DNA from: a virus
Taxonomy: Duplodnaviria > Caudoviricetes
DNA: 36,239 nt
Reading direction: 5' to 3' (one strand)
IMG/VR virus record: IMGVR_UViG_3300027801_000069
Span: 1 to 36,239 of that record
Every line of letters starts with the position of its first letter. Position 1 is the stretch's first letter. The notes beneath the pieces were generated by a model that saw only the letters and a program-made list of their open reading frames with translations, was not told where the DNA came from and did not search any database. Of the stretch, positions 36,218 to 36,239 are shown piece by piece. The position numbers were made by a program, and so were the translations under genes.

Positions 36218-36239
36218 AGATAGGCAAGGGAACGCTAAT

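Noticed and set aside
1-36239. Stop-codon reassignment as the cause of frequent CTAG
   Set aside because: Genes are full length in the standard code and TAG ends several of them (for example 13061, 15493, 16135, 18232)

Overview
An AT-rich tailed-phage sequence, probably most or all of a ~36 kb siphovirus genome, with every credible gene on the + strand. Bacteroidota-type TAnnTTTG promoter boxes and A-rich, Shine-Dalgarno-poor starts point to a Flavobacteriia/Bacteroidota host (inference). Order: small and large terminase; tail assembly chaperone with a T9 -1 frameshift site; tail completion and tip genes; tape measure; Zn-finger and Mor-like regulators; ClpP-type prohead protease; major capsid; major tail; portal; head-tail and fibre proteins; lysis (M15 peptidase, holin-like proteins); a metallophosphoesterase; a non-coding control region with a 30-bp tandem repeat; early genes including amidoligase, class II glutamine amidotransferase and gamma-glutamylcyclotransferase; SSB-like and HTH replication genes; VRR-NUC and HNH-like nucleases; and a 7-deazaguanine DNA-modification cluster (QueD, QueE, a Gpt-like phosphoribosyltransferase fused to FolE, ParB-like, DpdA and a second divergent QueD-like protein, with no QueC in the window). 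Most notable: this QueC-less cluster, strong CTAG over-representation with GATC near-absence, a dispersed 21-bp motif, a shared promoter architecture and two candidate structured RNAs. All protein calls come from motif recognition by eye; no database search was run.
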